A stretch of DNA of 59,136 nt, counting the filler, from Callorhinchus milii (Eukaryota), in the NCBI RefSeq assembly GCF_018977255.1. It is 2 parts of 2 records of this genome, joined end to end, with 100 filler letters (N's around TTAATTAATTAA, not from the genome) between each part and the next. Parts side by side here need not be neighbours in the genome. Positions count along the whole stretch, not along the records: positions 1 to 29,533 come from NW_024705645.1; 1 more part is not named here. One strand, 5' to 3'. A program made the position numbers and the translations under genes. How positions within the stretch are numbered: the stretch's first letter is position 1; the number at the start of each line of letters is the position of its first letter. This document shows positions 12,045 to 24,873 of this stretch, piece by piece. The notes below the pieces were generated by a model. It did not search any database and was not told the DNA's origin. It worked only from the letters and a program-made list of their open reading frames with translations.

Positions 12045-13800
12045 GAGATATACAGAGACCAGTGCTGTTATACAGAGACTAGCGCTGTTATATAGAGACC
12101 AGTCCTGCTATAAAGAGACCAGGGCTGTTATACAGAGACCAGGGCTGTTATACAGAGACCAGGGATGTTTTACAGTGATCAGGGCTATTACACAGAGACC
12201 CGGCCTATTATACAGAAACAAGACCTGTTATGCAGAGACCAGACCTGTTTTACAGAAACCAGACCTTTTATACAGAGACCAAGGATGTTACTTAGAGACC
12301 GGGCCTGTTAGACAGAGACCAGACCTGTTATACAGAGACCAGACTTGTAAGATGGAAATCAGGACTGTTATACAGAGACCAGGGCTGTTTTACAGAGACC
12401 AGGTCGGTCATACAGAGACCAGACCTATTATACAGAGACCACGCTGTTATACAGAGATTATGCCTGTTATACAGAGACCAGAGACTGGGCCTGTTACACA
12501 GTGACAAGACTTGTAAGACAGAGATCAAAACTGTTATACAGCGACCAGGGCTGTTATACAGAGACTGGGGCTGTTATGCAGAGACCAGACCTATTATACA
12601 GAGACAAGACGTGTTATACAGAGACAAGGCCTGTTATACAGATATGAGGGCTTTTGTACAGAGATCAGACCTGTTAAGCAGAGACCAGACCTGTTATGCA
12701 GAGACAAGGGATGTTACACAGAGACCGGGCATGTTAGACAGAGACCAGACCTGCTACACAGAGTCCAGACCTGTTATACAGAGACACAACTTGTAAGACA
12801 GAGATCAGGACTGTTATACAGAGCCCAGGGCTGTTATACTGAGACCAGGGCTGTTATGCAGAGACTGGACCTGATATACAGAGACCAGGGATGTTAGAAA
12901 GAGATTAGAGCTGTTACACAGCGATCAGTCCTGTTAAACAGAAATCAGGCTGCTATAGAGATCAGGCCTCTTATACACAGACCAGACCTGTTATTCATGG
13001 AGTCCTGTAGCTCAGTGGTTAGAGCACTCGTTTTGCAAGCGAGAGACCTGAGTTCAATTCCAGGCAGGGCGAATCCTTGGGCAAGTTTCCTTACTCCACA
13101 CGCCTAATAATAATCCCTCCAAAACCAAAAACAATAATAAAAATTGGCATTTTCAATCTAAGACTGTTTGTGGGACATTGCTGTGCGCAATTGGCTGCCG
13201 CGTTTGCCCACAAATTTACAGTCAATTCACTTTACAGTGTGTTCTGTGAAGCGTTTTGGGACGTCCTTCCGACGTGAAAAGCGCTATATCAAATGCAAGG
13301 ATTATTATTATTATTATTATTATACGGAGACCAGGGATGCTACACAGAGACTGGGTCTGTTACACAGAGACCAGACTTGTAAGACAGAGATCAGAACTGT
13401 TAGACAGAGACCAAGGCTGTTATACAGCGACCAGACCTGTTTTACAGCGACCAGATCTGTTATTCAGGGTCCAGGGCAGTTATGCAGAGACTAGACTATT
13501 TTACAGAGACCAGGCCTGTTATACAGGGACCAGGGATATTATACAGAGACCGGGCATGTTAGACAGAGACCAAATCTGTTATACAGAGACCAGGGATGTT
13601 ATACAGTGACCGGGCTTGTTAGACAGAGACCAGACCTGTTATACAGAGACCAGTCCTGTTATACAAAGACCAGGCCTGTTGTACAGAGAGAAGGCCTGGT
13701 ATACAGAGATTGGTCTATTATACAGAGACCAGGCCGGTTATAGATAGACCAGGCCGGTTATAGAATGACCAGGCCTGTTATACAGAGACCAGGCCTGTTA
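12045..13800. repeat. 20-bp minisatellite (TGTTATACAGAGACCAGGGC) interrupted by a SINE
   Basis: Dozens of degenerate tandem units. Confidence 0.95.
12998..13323 (+). mobile_element. tRNA-derived Deu-domain SINE inserted in minisatellite
   Basis: Full head/core/(ATT)n tail. Confidence 0.92.
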
Positions 13801-14309
13801 TGCTTGCTTCCCCGACAGAATTAGAGACGGTAAATGCCAGACCAACTGCTGAGCTTGATAGCAGCATTTGGCGGGGAAGATGTGTCACTGGGAACAAGGA
13901 TCCTCCCACTCAGCTCATGTTATCATGCAAACGAAGTCGGTCACACTCCAGCAATCATCCACAAAAAAACAGGGAAGTTATTAGAAGGATCGGCCACGAC
14001 ACCGAGAGTATCTCAGTGCTGATTCTGAATAGCATCCTGGAATCTCCAAACTCCGCCTGAACAGAGAAACGGGCCTGGGTTAAATGTCACACACAGCCTT
14101 TGATCCCCACCATCTCATATTTGATCCATCTCCTTTTCCATGCCACGATCAATTGTGGAGTCAACAAACACTATTCCACTAACTTCTGCAACATTCTCCC
14201 TCACTCTGGCGCTCTGCTTAGCTCCTCTTTAAATATGTACAGCCAACCTCAAGGCTCCCTATCCCATCACGTTTATAGTCACATCCTCCTGTCACACAGT
14301 GGGTTGTTG

Positions 14310-14520
14310 GGATCTGTAATGCATTGCCTGAAAGGTTGGTGGAAGCCAATTCGGTAACAACTTTTAAGATAGAAGTAGTTAATGATTTGGGGAGGACAAG
14401 TTTGCAGGGCTACGGGGAGAGAGCAGGACAGTGGGATTGATTTGGAAAAGCTCTTTTCAAAGAGCCACTTCAAACAATGGGCCGAATGACCTCCCTCTGT
14501 GCTGTATGATTGTATGATTC
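14310..14520 (+). mobile_element. CR1 3' end fragment
   Basis: ATGGGCCGAATGACCTCCCTCTGTGCTGTATGATTGTATGATTC-type CR1 terminus. Confidence 0.65.
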
Positions 14521-15164
14521 TAAGCTGTGGCTACAACCTAGGATTGGTAAAGAAATCCAGACAAACTGGATCAACTAACTTCTTGGTCAGACTGTCACCT
14601 TGATGTTCAGATGTCTTTTCACCATCAGCAATTCCTGATTCAAAAATTGCTTTTACTTTCAACGTCAGTGTTGCTCTTCCAAGATAACCAGACAGAGGTG
14701 TTGTCCAGCTCCGCCCAGTAAGCGTGACTTATCAACAGAGTCCATCCTGAGCACAAATACAGAACACCTTAGGGACAGTTATCTGACTGTGTGTTTTGTG
14801 GATGAAATGCAGCAGCTGATTGTGCCCAGCAGTGTCTCACACAGTCGTATGAATTTTCGAGGTCCTGGCATAGTCTCCCATCAAGTCTGCTGCTGTTCCC
14901 CTTGGGTGCGAGGGAAAGAGGGGGGGAGAGAATAAGGGGGTCAACCTTGAGTGATGTGACTGATGATGAGAGGTGGGAATCCAGGCCCGGTGGTGGTCTT
15001 TATGGTCCGGTTCCCGAGCGTGGCATAAGTAGCAACTGAGAGCTCATTGGCCAGGTTTGGAAGCACTGAAACACTTAACTCTCAACAACAACAATAGTAA
15101 TCCTTGCAGTTGATGTAGCACCTAATCACATCTTCAAGATGTCTCAAAGTGCTTCAACAAGGAG

Positions 15165-15490
15165 AAACTATTTCCACTGGCGGGTTGGTTGGTAAACCTC
15201 GGACACCAATTTAAAATAGTTGTTAAAAGAAACAGAGGGGTGTTCAGGAGAATTTTTTTTACCTAGCGAGTCTGTCTGTTCATAGTTTGTGTCTGGAATA
15301 TGTTGCATGAAAGGGTGGTGGAAGCCTATTCAATAACACCTTTTAAGAGAGTAGAAGATTATTTGGGCAGGACAAGTTTGCACGGATATGAGAGAGCGCA
15401 GGGAAGTGGGATTGATTTTAATTGGTCTAAGTGCCGGAAGAGACACGATGGGCCAAATGGTGTCCTTTTGTGCTGCATAATTGTATGATT
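15165..15490 (+). mobile_element. CR1 3' end fragment
   Basis: ORF2 end (WNMLHERVVEA..FKR) plus 3' UTR ending ATAATTGTATGATTC. Confidence 0.7.
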
Positions 15491-16364
15491 CCAAGCTGCA
15501 GCTAGAATGTAGGTTAACAGGACCGGTAAAGAAATCCAGAGAAACTGGACAAACTGAATCCTCAGTCAGACTGTGAGCTTGATGTTAAGACTGCTTTTAA
15601 TCCTAAGCAATTCCAGATTGAAGACGGCTTTTACTTTCAACGTCAGTGTTGCTCCTCCAAGATAACCAGACAGAGGTGCTGTCCAACTCCACCCTGCAAA
15701 CTTGACTTATGAACGGAGTCCATCCTGAACATGACTACACAACACTTTAGGGAAGGTTATCTTTGAAAGGGGATTAGAAACACACCCAGTGTTTACAACG
15801 GTAAAGCTAAATTCCAGCAACTGCAATGCACACAGCACACTCTGGGAATCCCCCCCACCCCCACACTCCCTGCTCCCCAGGCCTTGGCACTTGCCAACCT
15901 GCTCCTCATACAGTCAAACATGTAGTCAACAACCAATCAGTCAATTAGCCCAAAGTATAAAGGGGGTCATCCTCTGGTGATGTGACTGATGATGGGAGGT
16001 GGGAATCCAGGTCGCCCTGTGTGACTGTCTTGAGGTCCAGTTCCTAACCGGGTGTAACTCCCAACTTTCTGCCCACTGAGAGCTCATTTGTCAGGTTCAG
16101 AAGCTATGAAACACATAGCAGTCAATAATAATAATAATCATAATCCTTGAATTTGATATCGCACCTGATAAAGGAAAATGTAAAACCAGTAATATAGCCA
16201 CTGAAACGAGTGTCTGAAACCATGAAAGAAAGTTTCAGAGCAACATTAATCAAAGTGGAAATGGGTGAAAATCATAAAGAAAGTAGAAAAACCTGGTGAT
16301 TGTGTGAGTGTAATAGTGAGTGTAGAAAAGCCAGACAAGTCACTAAGAACATGCTTAGACACAC

Positions 16365-17195
16365 AGGGATGTTATAGAGATGTGGCCTGTTATACAAAGA
16401 TCAGGCTGTTATTCAGAGACTAGACCTTTTACACAGAGACTAGACCTGTAATACAGAGATCAGGACTGTTATACAGAAAACAGACCTGTTATAATAATAA
16501 TAGTAATAATCCTTGCATTTGATATAGCATTTTTCACGTCTATTAGATGTCTCAAAGCGCTTCACAGAAGTAACTGTAAAGTGAATTGGCTGTATATTTC
16601 CGGGCGAAATGCGGCAGCCAATTGCACACAGAAATGTCCCACAAACAGTCTTGGATTGAAAAGACCCATTTATTATTGTTTTTTTGAGCGACTATTATCA
16701 GGCGTGTGGAGTAAGGAAAGTTGCTGAAGGTTTCACCCGCCGTGAATCAAATCCAGGTCTCTCGATTGCAAAGCGAGTGCTCTGACCACTGAGCTATAGG
16801 ACTCCATATGAGATTTGCACAGACCAGACCTGTTACACAGAGACCAGGCCTGTTATACAGAGACCAGGGATGTTATACAGAGATCAGGGCTGTAATACAG
16901 TCAGCAGGCCTATCATACAGTCATCAGAGCTGTTATTCAGAGACCAGGCCTATTATACAGGCTGTTATACAGAGACCAGTCATGTTATACGGAGATCAGG
17001 CTGTTATACAGAGACCAGTACTATTATACACACATCAGGCTGTTATACCGATTCCAGGCCGGTTATACAGAGACCAGGCTGTTAAACAGAGACCAGGTCT
17101 TTTATGCAGAGGCCTGTTATACAGCGATTAGGACTGCTATACAAAGACCAGGCCAGTTATACAGAGACCAGGGCTGTGATACAGAGACCAGGCTG
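16365..17195. repeat. Second array of the 20-bp TGTTATACAGAGACCAGG minisatellite
   Basis: Same unit as 12045-13800; contains a SINE. Confidence 0.9.
16492..16806 (-). mobile_element. tRNA-derived Deu-domain SINE
   Basis: Full head/core/tail on the minus strand. Confidence 0.9.
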
Positions 17196-17679
17196 TTGTG
17201 TTTTATTTTAAAAGAGAGAATCCAACTGTAAAATATAAATTCTCCAAATGTGGTGTCGTGTCCATAGCCATTTATGAATTCACCAGCTGTACCTGTTGCA
17301 GCTAAGCTTGCGACCAAAGGATCCAATATGGAATATAAATTGACACACAGACAGACAGTTCATCTTTATCTGTACTCATCTGGGAGGACTCCTGTGGGAG
17401 GATTCATTTTGTCTGTGCTGCTCTTTTAGTGGGAAACTAACTTTGGCCGCTGTTGCAGTCCTTTCAGCATTGAAGTGCAGTTGAGCTGTTCTTTGACTTC
17501 AGTTTCATTCAATGGACCTTCTTTCTTTGGTCCAGGAATTTTACTTATCCCCGAAAGGCTTGATTTTCACTTCAGCATCTTTATGACGATCAATATAAAT
17601 GTACAATTTATAATCACTGGTATGTCCTCCCTATGTGAAGGGCACTTTAAAAATGTAAATTTATTGTTGTTGCCGTGGC

Positions 17680-17828
17680 TTATTATTGTTTTTGGTTTTG
17701 GAGGGATTATTATTAGGCTCTGTGTGGAGTAAGGAAACTTGCCCAAGTTTTGGCCCTCTGCCTGGAATTGAACTCCGGTCTCTCGCTTGCAAAGCGAGTG
17801 CTCTAACCACTGAGCTACAGGACTCCAC
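17680..17828 (-). mobile_element. 5' half of tRNA-derived SINE
   Basis: tRNA-like head through AAAACCAAAAACAATAATAA, then truncated. Confidence 0.85.
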
Positions 17829-17829
17829 A

Positions 17830-18560
17830 AATCTCAATATTAAACCCACCTTTCTTTGACTAACCTTTTATTCTTTATTTGCTTATAAAATACTTCAGGA
17901 TTCCCTTTTATGTTAACTGATAATCGTTTTTGATAAAATCTCTTTGCCCCTCTTATTTCCTTTTTAGGTCTCCTCTGTACTTTCTATATTCTGTTTGATT
18001 TTCTTCTGTGTTTTGGACATGACACGTTTCATAAGACTACCTTTTCTGTTTTATTTTAATCCCAATTTTCCAAGGAGGTTTTGGATGCCTTACCTTTCCC
18101 CTTCTTGGAAATGTATTTGTTCTGACCCCCGAAGTATCTTCTGCTTGATGGCTTCCCATTGCCCGTTAGCTGCTTTCCTGCCAATCTCTCTTTTCAGTCC
18201 AACTTGGCTCAGTCCCTTTTCAATTCACTGAAACTAGCCTCTTTCAAATCAGTATCTTCACCTTTGATTGATCCTTGTCCTTTTCCATTCGTACTCTAAA
18301 CCTAATGATTTTTGTCATCACTCGTATCCAGATGCTCTCCGCTGAATCCTGCTCCACTTGCTCCACTTCTTTCCACAGAATGAGGTCCAGCACTGCTTTC
18401 TTCCTTGTAGAGCTGGAAAGATAGTGATCAAGAATGTTTTCCTGTATGCACTTCAGGAATCCTTCCCACGGTGTGCCCTCTACACAGTTATATTACCAGT
18501 CTATGGGAGGGTAATTGAAGTCCCCCATTATCACTACTTTATCCCTTATACATCTTCTCC
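17830..18560 (-). mobile_element. CR1 ORF2 fragment (endonuclease and downstream region)
   Basis: Minus strand encodes IMGDFNYP..DW near 18530 and a decayed Lys-rich region ending in FYK.IK.KR..KESVG-like sequence. Confidence 0.75.
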
Positions 18561-19188
18561 GTTTTACGTCATCTCTTCCTTGCACACATAAATTTATTGA
18601 GACTGTCATTCCTTTATCAGGCCATTTTGTGCCACAACCACTCCCACACATTGACCCAATAACAGGAGGACAGTCACAAATGAGACCAGAAGTGAGGGGG
18701 TGCAGTTGACCAATGTGAGAATGTCTGTGGCAGACAGTTACCTGTTACCAGGCAGAGAGTGAGGTGAGAGTGACCCATGAGATAGTGAGTGTCTGAATGA
18801 TAAATTGAGGGTATCTGAGGAAGTGAAACAAGAACAACACTTTACGATATTGTTAGATTAATTATGAAGATCCAAACTTGACCATTTGGCAAAATAACTC
18901 TCTGTGTTGTTTGCCATGTTCACTGCAGCGACTGAAAAGCAATATTGGCAGTGAACCAAACTCTTACACGTGACCATCAATGTCAAGGAAGCTCCTGCTT
19001 GTAAGAAGCTCATTATCGCATGAGTCGCTGATATATAAAAGGATTTGAAGTTATGACAGAAGAGAAACTCAGCAACGGTCAGGAAACTGCTTGTTTTACT
19101 GAGAGGAAGAGTATAGAGACTGATGCCCTGGGACCTTCTGCAGTTTGTTGGACAAAGAAGGGAACACACAAGGAATCACTTCTCATCT

Positions 19189-19507
19189 TTAATAATAATC
19201 CTTGCATTTGCTATAGCACTTTTCACGTCGAGAGGACGTCCCAAAGCGCTTCACAGAACACACTGTAAAGTGAATTGACTGTATATTTGTGGGCGAACGG
19301 GGCAGCCAATTACGCACAGCAGTGTCCCACAAACAGTCGTAGATTGAAAATGACCAATTTATTATTGGTTTTGGTTTTGGAGGGATTATTATTAGGCTCT
19401 GTGTGGAGTAATGAAACTTGCCCAAGGTTTGGCCCTCTGCCTGGAATAGAACTCAGGTCTCTCACTTGCAAAGTGAGTGCTCTAACCACTGAGCTACAGG
19501 ACTCCAC
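19189..19507 (-). mobile_element. tRNA-derived Deu-domain SINE, full length
   Basis: Same head/core/tail. Confidence 0.92.
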
Positions 19508-19534
19508 AGGAATCTACCTTACTTTTAGATAAGA

Positions 19535-20100
19535 TCAAGTGAAACTCGAAACCTCTTCCATGCTTTCATCATCACCAGCCGAGAAGTGTTCCAATACCCC
19601 TCCTCACCGGCCTCCCCAGCTCCACTATCCACAAACCTGAACTATTCAGAAATCCACCTCCCATGTAATCATCCACTCTGAACTCCATATGTCCATCACA
19701 GTAGTCTTAGCTGGGCTCCACTAACTCCCAATCACAGAACCGATCGACTTCAAGACACTGGCCTTCAAATCCCTTTGTGGTCTACCTTTCCGATCTGCTT
19801 ACTGTCCAACCCACAATCCGCTGCCACCTCTCGATTGGCACCGGCTTCCTACTCCACACTACTGCACAATTGGCCACCGTGCTTTCAGCCACTACAGCCT
19901 GAACCTTTGGAAGTCTTTCCCTCAATCCCTCTGCCTTGCTCCCTCATTGCTCATTTGCAGATTGAGCCTGAAGACATTGCACTTCAGCTGTGCTTACAGT
20001 CACCTTCCCCCTCCCAAAAGTTCAGCTTCAGGCCCCACGAATTGTTAAACACTCCGAGATGCAACCCTACATAAAGGGCGCTCTATGTTGCTGCTTTTGT
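19535..20100 (+). mobile_element. Old L2 LINE fragment
   Basis: ETLFHAFII..; LH*LPITERIDFK; L2-type tail AAAGGGCGCTCTATG. Confidence 0.7.
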
Positions 20101-21559
20101 TGGCGTAGTATTCGTTTTTACTCCTTCAGCTGTACTGCTGCCAGTCTTCCTATGAGGATTGGGAGGCAGTGATAGGGTCCAGGAGAAAGAGAAGATTAGG
20201 ATAGTCGTGAGAGACAACTGATTGAGAATAGTGAAGGAGTAGAAGCAGGAGTATTTTATGCTGGCAGAGCTTTCAAGGGTCATGTTTCAGGAATGGACAT
20301 TACAGTATGGGAGGATGGGGTTCTGTCAGGAAAGGTGCACTATCGCCCCCTCGTGGCTGGGATCAGTATTGCAGTATTTTCTGTCCGAGGAGTTGTGTTC
20401 GGTCCTCACAAAGGAGTCGGAGAATCTGAAATGCAGAGCTCACTGAGCACTTAGTCACAAGGCTCAGGTTTGACCTCCTGGAGAGATGATCCCATCACCT
20501 GAATTGGTTGAGAGGCCACGAGTAAGGAATTGGATCCACATCTGATTATATTGGACGTCCTCCTGCCGTGATACAAATGCAATTTGTTGTTACTGTTGTT
20601 GTTGATAATTAAGGAATTAGAGTGGGGGGAGGGTGGGACCATGGAAGCTTTTCTGGGGGACACCTGCCTTCCTGCTGAAGCAATGGGATTCAGTTTAATT
20701 CGCATTATTAAGGGATGAGAAGGAGCAATAACACTCACCAAAAAAGAACATACAATTTCTAATCTCTGCATTCCTTCTATTATGATAACTCACAATATTA
20801 CAGAAAATTTAATGTAAACTTGAGCACCTCAAAGCTCTTTACAAAATATACTTGTTCAGAAATAAGGTGACCGAACACTCATTCCAATTTAACTTTCTGA
20901 TGTTTTCTTGCTGCAAACAAGAGACAGGGACACACTTGTGGGATATTGTTGCACCTACAATAATCAACACAACTTACATTAACCATACCTAAATGACGAC
21001 AAAGGGAGAAGTGAAATCTTCTGATGTCCTGGTTGACAATTACCCCCCAAAAATGTCATTAATTTCATATATACTTGTGTGATTCTGTGTTTTAATTGGC
21101 ATTCACGGTTAGAAACTCACAGTGTATCCTATGAAGGACTTTGAGAGCTGCTCCTCATGTGAAAGATTATCATTATGTTATTTGCGCAGAAAAACATCAC
21201 TTACCCAATTAGTTCACTCGATTTCCATCTAAACTCACATTAAATCATCATCCATAAACTCCCCACATCCCTTCCTTCCCCTGCTCATATGTTCAACTCC
21301 ACCCGCCCTCTGGCTCAGTGTCGAGCTCCACCACTGTCAAGCCCTCTGGGATGCTTCCCTGCAAGAGGGAACTATGCAAATACAAGTTGGTTTGCAACTT
21401 GTTGTCGATGAAGATCCCACGGCAAAGAGAAAAGAGTTTCTCCCATGTTCCTGATCAACTATGGTTCCATCGTTGTATCGAGGATATTAATTTGTGAATT
21501 TTTCTGCCGTTTTCACCCACAAAATATACTCAATAGCACCATTTCACAATATAATATAT

Positions 21560-22440
21560 CCAGTGAAGTTTTCTCCTTGATTCATTAGACATGATCTCTC
21601 CTTTATAAATCCGCGTTGACTCTCTTTGATCAGTTCATAATTGTCCAAATACTCAGTCATTGAGAGATTCCAGTAACGTTCCCACAGCTGAAGTTCCTAT
21701 CCTGTTAATACACTTGTGTGGGTATCATCAGTTCCTGGAAATTTGTCTATCTTTGGCCTCATTATTTTCTCCATTACTATTTCTTATTCATATCAAATCC
21801 ATCAATATTTGTCTTTGGTTTAATGTTAGTTTTCCTTGTATCACTGGTATTTTGTCCTCTTCCTCTTTGTGCAGAGGGAAGTACTGATTTAACTAGTTAA
21901 CATGATGTCAGAGTCCTCTTCGACCATGCCATCGGCCACCCCCATTCCTCTCCCCTCCCCTCCCCTCCTGACCCCAGCTTGGGTCTGAAATGCTATACTC
22001 TGTACAGCGCCTTGGGACATCCTCCTGACGTGAAAGGTGCTATACAAATGTAATCTTGTTGTTGTTGTTTACTATTTCCTTATTATCCAGAATTCTCTCA
22101 GCTATATTAATTATTGGGCACAAATTCCACTTAAACCACTCCCTTTTTTATTCATCTAATTATAACAACTTTTATTGTTGCCCTTAATAACTTTGCAAGT
22201 TTTTTTTTCCCCTCTATACCTATTTTGACCTTTTACTTCTTTATTTCTAACACTTTTATATATCTGTCTCAGTTCGTTGGATTTCCACCTTTCCTTTCAT
22301 TGACTTGACACTTGTCTTTTATCTTGATAATGTCTCTTACCTTATTTGCTGACAGTGGTTGTGTGCTTACGCATGTGATCAGTACTTTCTCTGGTAGAAA
22401 TGTTGCTTTGCCCTTGGTCAACATTTTTTGGTCAACTTAT
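21560..22440 (-). mobile_element. Decayed CR1 ORF2 fragments with a short L2 tail between them
   Basis: Minus-strand remnants of Q.GFIKGRSCL.NL.NF (~21580-21620) and Lys-rich ORF2 sequence. Confidence 0.55.
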
Positions 22441-23129
22441 ATTTCTATAGTGCCCTTCACACAGGGAGCGTCCCAGAGTGTTTGCCACTGGTGGAGCACG
22501 ACACTGGGGGAGGTGGAGGGGGAGGGGAAGATTCTTCAATTATCTTGCATGACGCTTTGGGTGCAAAACCAAGTTCCTCCTAAACCCTTTTATATCTGGT
22601 CGTGGTTATTATACCTCGGAAATTATTCCCATTCCTGCGGATGATATTACTGAGCAGGAGATATTAAAGAGAATAGGGCAGATGATGGCGCCCTAAATAT
22701 GCCACATACGAAAGTGCAGGGGCAGGAAGAGAAGCCATTGGCCGATATAATGTGTAGACTTTGGGATACATAAGAATGGTAACAAGTGAGGACAGAACTG
22801 TGAAACTGGAGCTCAGAGGAACGGTGGAGAAGAATAGAATGGTCGACAGAATAAAGTTGTTGAACAAACACTACATTTAACAACAACACAAGAACAATAA
22901 CTTATTTTACAATAGCGCCGCATAACTGACATAGAACAACATAATGATAATTATAACTCTGGAACGCTCTCCCTGAATCTCTCCATCTTGCCGCGTCTCT
23001 CCCATTTTTCAAATTTCACCCGAAAACCTTCTTTTTCGACAGCGTTTAGGACCACCTCACCCTTACCCGCCGCCAGACTTGTAGTCAAGCTCCACCACTA
23101 TTAACATCTGAGACCCTACCATCCACCGA

Positions 23130-23892
23130 GGCGACAGAGAGTGAGAGAGAGACCTGGAGAGGCAGATAGAGAGGCAGAGTGCCTGAGATAGAACGAAAAA
23201 CATAGAATGGCAGAGAGAGAGAGACTGAGAAAAGCAGAGAGAGAGGCAGTGACACAGACCTTGAGAGACATAGTAACAAAGAGAGACAGAGATACTGAAC
23301 AACAGTTAGAGAGAGAGTCAGAAATAAAGAGATATGGAGAGAGACACCTCAGTATAGACACCTGATATTAAAAGTGACACAACTTTGTAGACTGTCCCGC
23401 CCTGTGACACCGCAGTCCGGAGTCTCCTGGATCTGCTGCTCATTCTGTGTCGTGTCTCACATCTCATCACAGCCAATCCTGACATCACAGCCTCACACGT
23501 CACACGGAGAGATTGTACATCCGTCCATTTTAATGTGATAGCAACACAACACCAAACAAAATGACATTTCTATATAGTGCCTTTCACATCAGGAGGATGT
23601 CCCGCGTAATAGAGGGTTAAATCTCGAGGACAGGTTACTTAAATTTGGTCTCTACTCCCGTCAGTTTAGAAGGACGAGGGGTGATCTAATTGAGGATTTC
23701 AAAATAATAAAGACATTCGACAGTGGAGACAGAGAGAAAATTAATTCATTGTTGGAGGGAATCCAGAACAAGGGGGGCATCATCTTAATATTAGAGCCGG
23801 GCCATTTAGGGATGAAATTGGGGCAGTTTTTCACCCAAAGACCAAAGGGAACCTGGAACTCTCTATCCCAAAAGGCTGTGGATTATGGTTGG
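23130..23892 (-). repeat. Inverted paralogous copy of TRIM 3' UTR and flank (7848-9240)
   Basis: Reverse-complement match including the unique stretch GATGAGATGTGAGACACGACACAGAATGAG and the CR1 fragment. Confidence 0.85.
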
Positions 23893-24097
23893 TTCCGCCC
23901 ACCAAAAAAAAGCACTGACACCGTCACCAGGAATGGAAGCACAGTCCACCTTACTAAACCTGTCCGAAAACTTGGCGTCTTGTTGGACCCTCAAATGTCC
24001 TTTCTACCCCACATAATTGTCATGACCCGATCTGCTTTCCACCATTTCTGTAGATTGTCCATCTCGGCCAATGTCTCACACCGCAGGCCGCCAAAAC

Positions 24098-24873
24098 GAG
24101 AATAGGCTGACCAATTTGGGCCTATATTCTCTAGAATATAGAAGAATTAGAGCGAATCTTAGAGAAACCTATAATAATAATAATAATAATCCTTGCATTT
24201 TGATATAGCGCTTTTCACGTCGGGAGGATATCCCAAAGTGCTTCACAGAACACACTGTAATGTGAATTGACTGTATATTTGTGGGCGAACGCGGCAGCCA
24301 ATTGCGCACAGCAATGTCCCACAAACAGTCGTAGATTGAAAATGACCAATTTATTATTGTTTTTCATTTTGGAGGGATTATTATTAGGCGTGTGGAGTAA
24401 GGAAACTTGCCCAAGATATCGCCCTCTGCCTGGAATTGAACTCAGGTCTCTCGCTTGCAAAGGGAGTGCTCTAACCACTGAGCTACAGGACTCCACGATA
24501 AGATCATCAAAGGGCATGATAGACTAGATAGCAGGAGCTTGTTTCCCCTAGTTGGAAAAACTAAAACCAGGGGTCACAACCTTAAAGTCTGAGGCCAGTC
24601 CTTTCGCACTGAGGTGTGGAAGAACTTCTTCACTTAAATGGTGGTGAATGTATGGAACACACGACCCCAAAAGGCTCTTGTCGCTCAGTCCTTGAACATA
24701 TTCAAGACTGAGATAGATAGATTTCTTATTGCAAAAGGGATTAAGGGATATGGGGATAAGGCAGGGTCAGGTTATCAGATGGAGTTAGATTAGAAGATCA
24801 GACATGATTGAATGGCGGGGCAGGCTCGAAGGGCCGAATGGCCTACTTCAGCTCCTACATGTTATGTTATGTT
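24098..24873 (+). mobile_element. CR1 3' fragment containing a SINE
   Basis: LGLYSLEYRRIRANL.ETYKIIKG..KTRGHNLK..VVNVWN; 3' UTR GAATGGCGGGGCAGGCTCGAAGGGCCGAATGGCCTAC and (ATGTT)n tail. Confidence 0.88.
24171..24496 (-). mobile_element. tRNA-derived Deu-domain SINE, full length
   Basis: Same head/core/tail; splits CR1 at ACCTATAA|GATC. Confidence 0.92.

Noticed and set aside
12045..13800. CRISPR-like regular repeats (also 31188-31900)
   Set aside because: Units are contiguous with no unique spacers, there are no cas genes, and the context is eukaryotic; these are minisatellites.
14955..15045. Possible C/D-box snoRNA (ATGATGA..CTGA)
   Set aside because: No terminal stem or recognisable guide, the C box is altered in the duplicate near 15985, and there is no host gene.
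17230..17580. Protein-like minus-strand translation fragments (also 18880-19185 plus strand)
   Set aside because: They contain multiple stops and match no family I recognise; I cannot support a pseudogene call.
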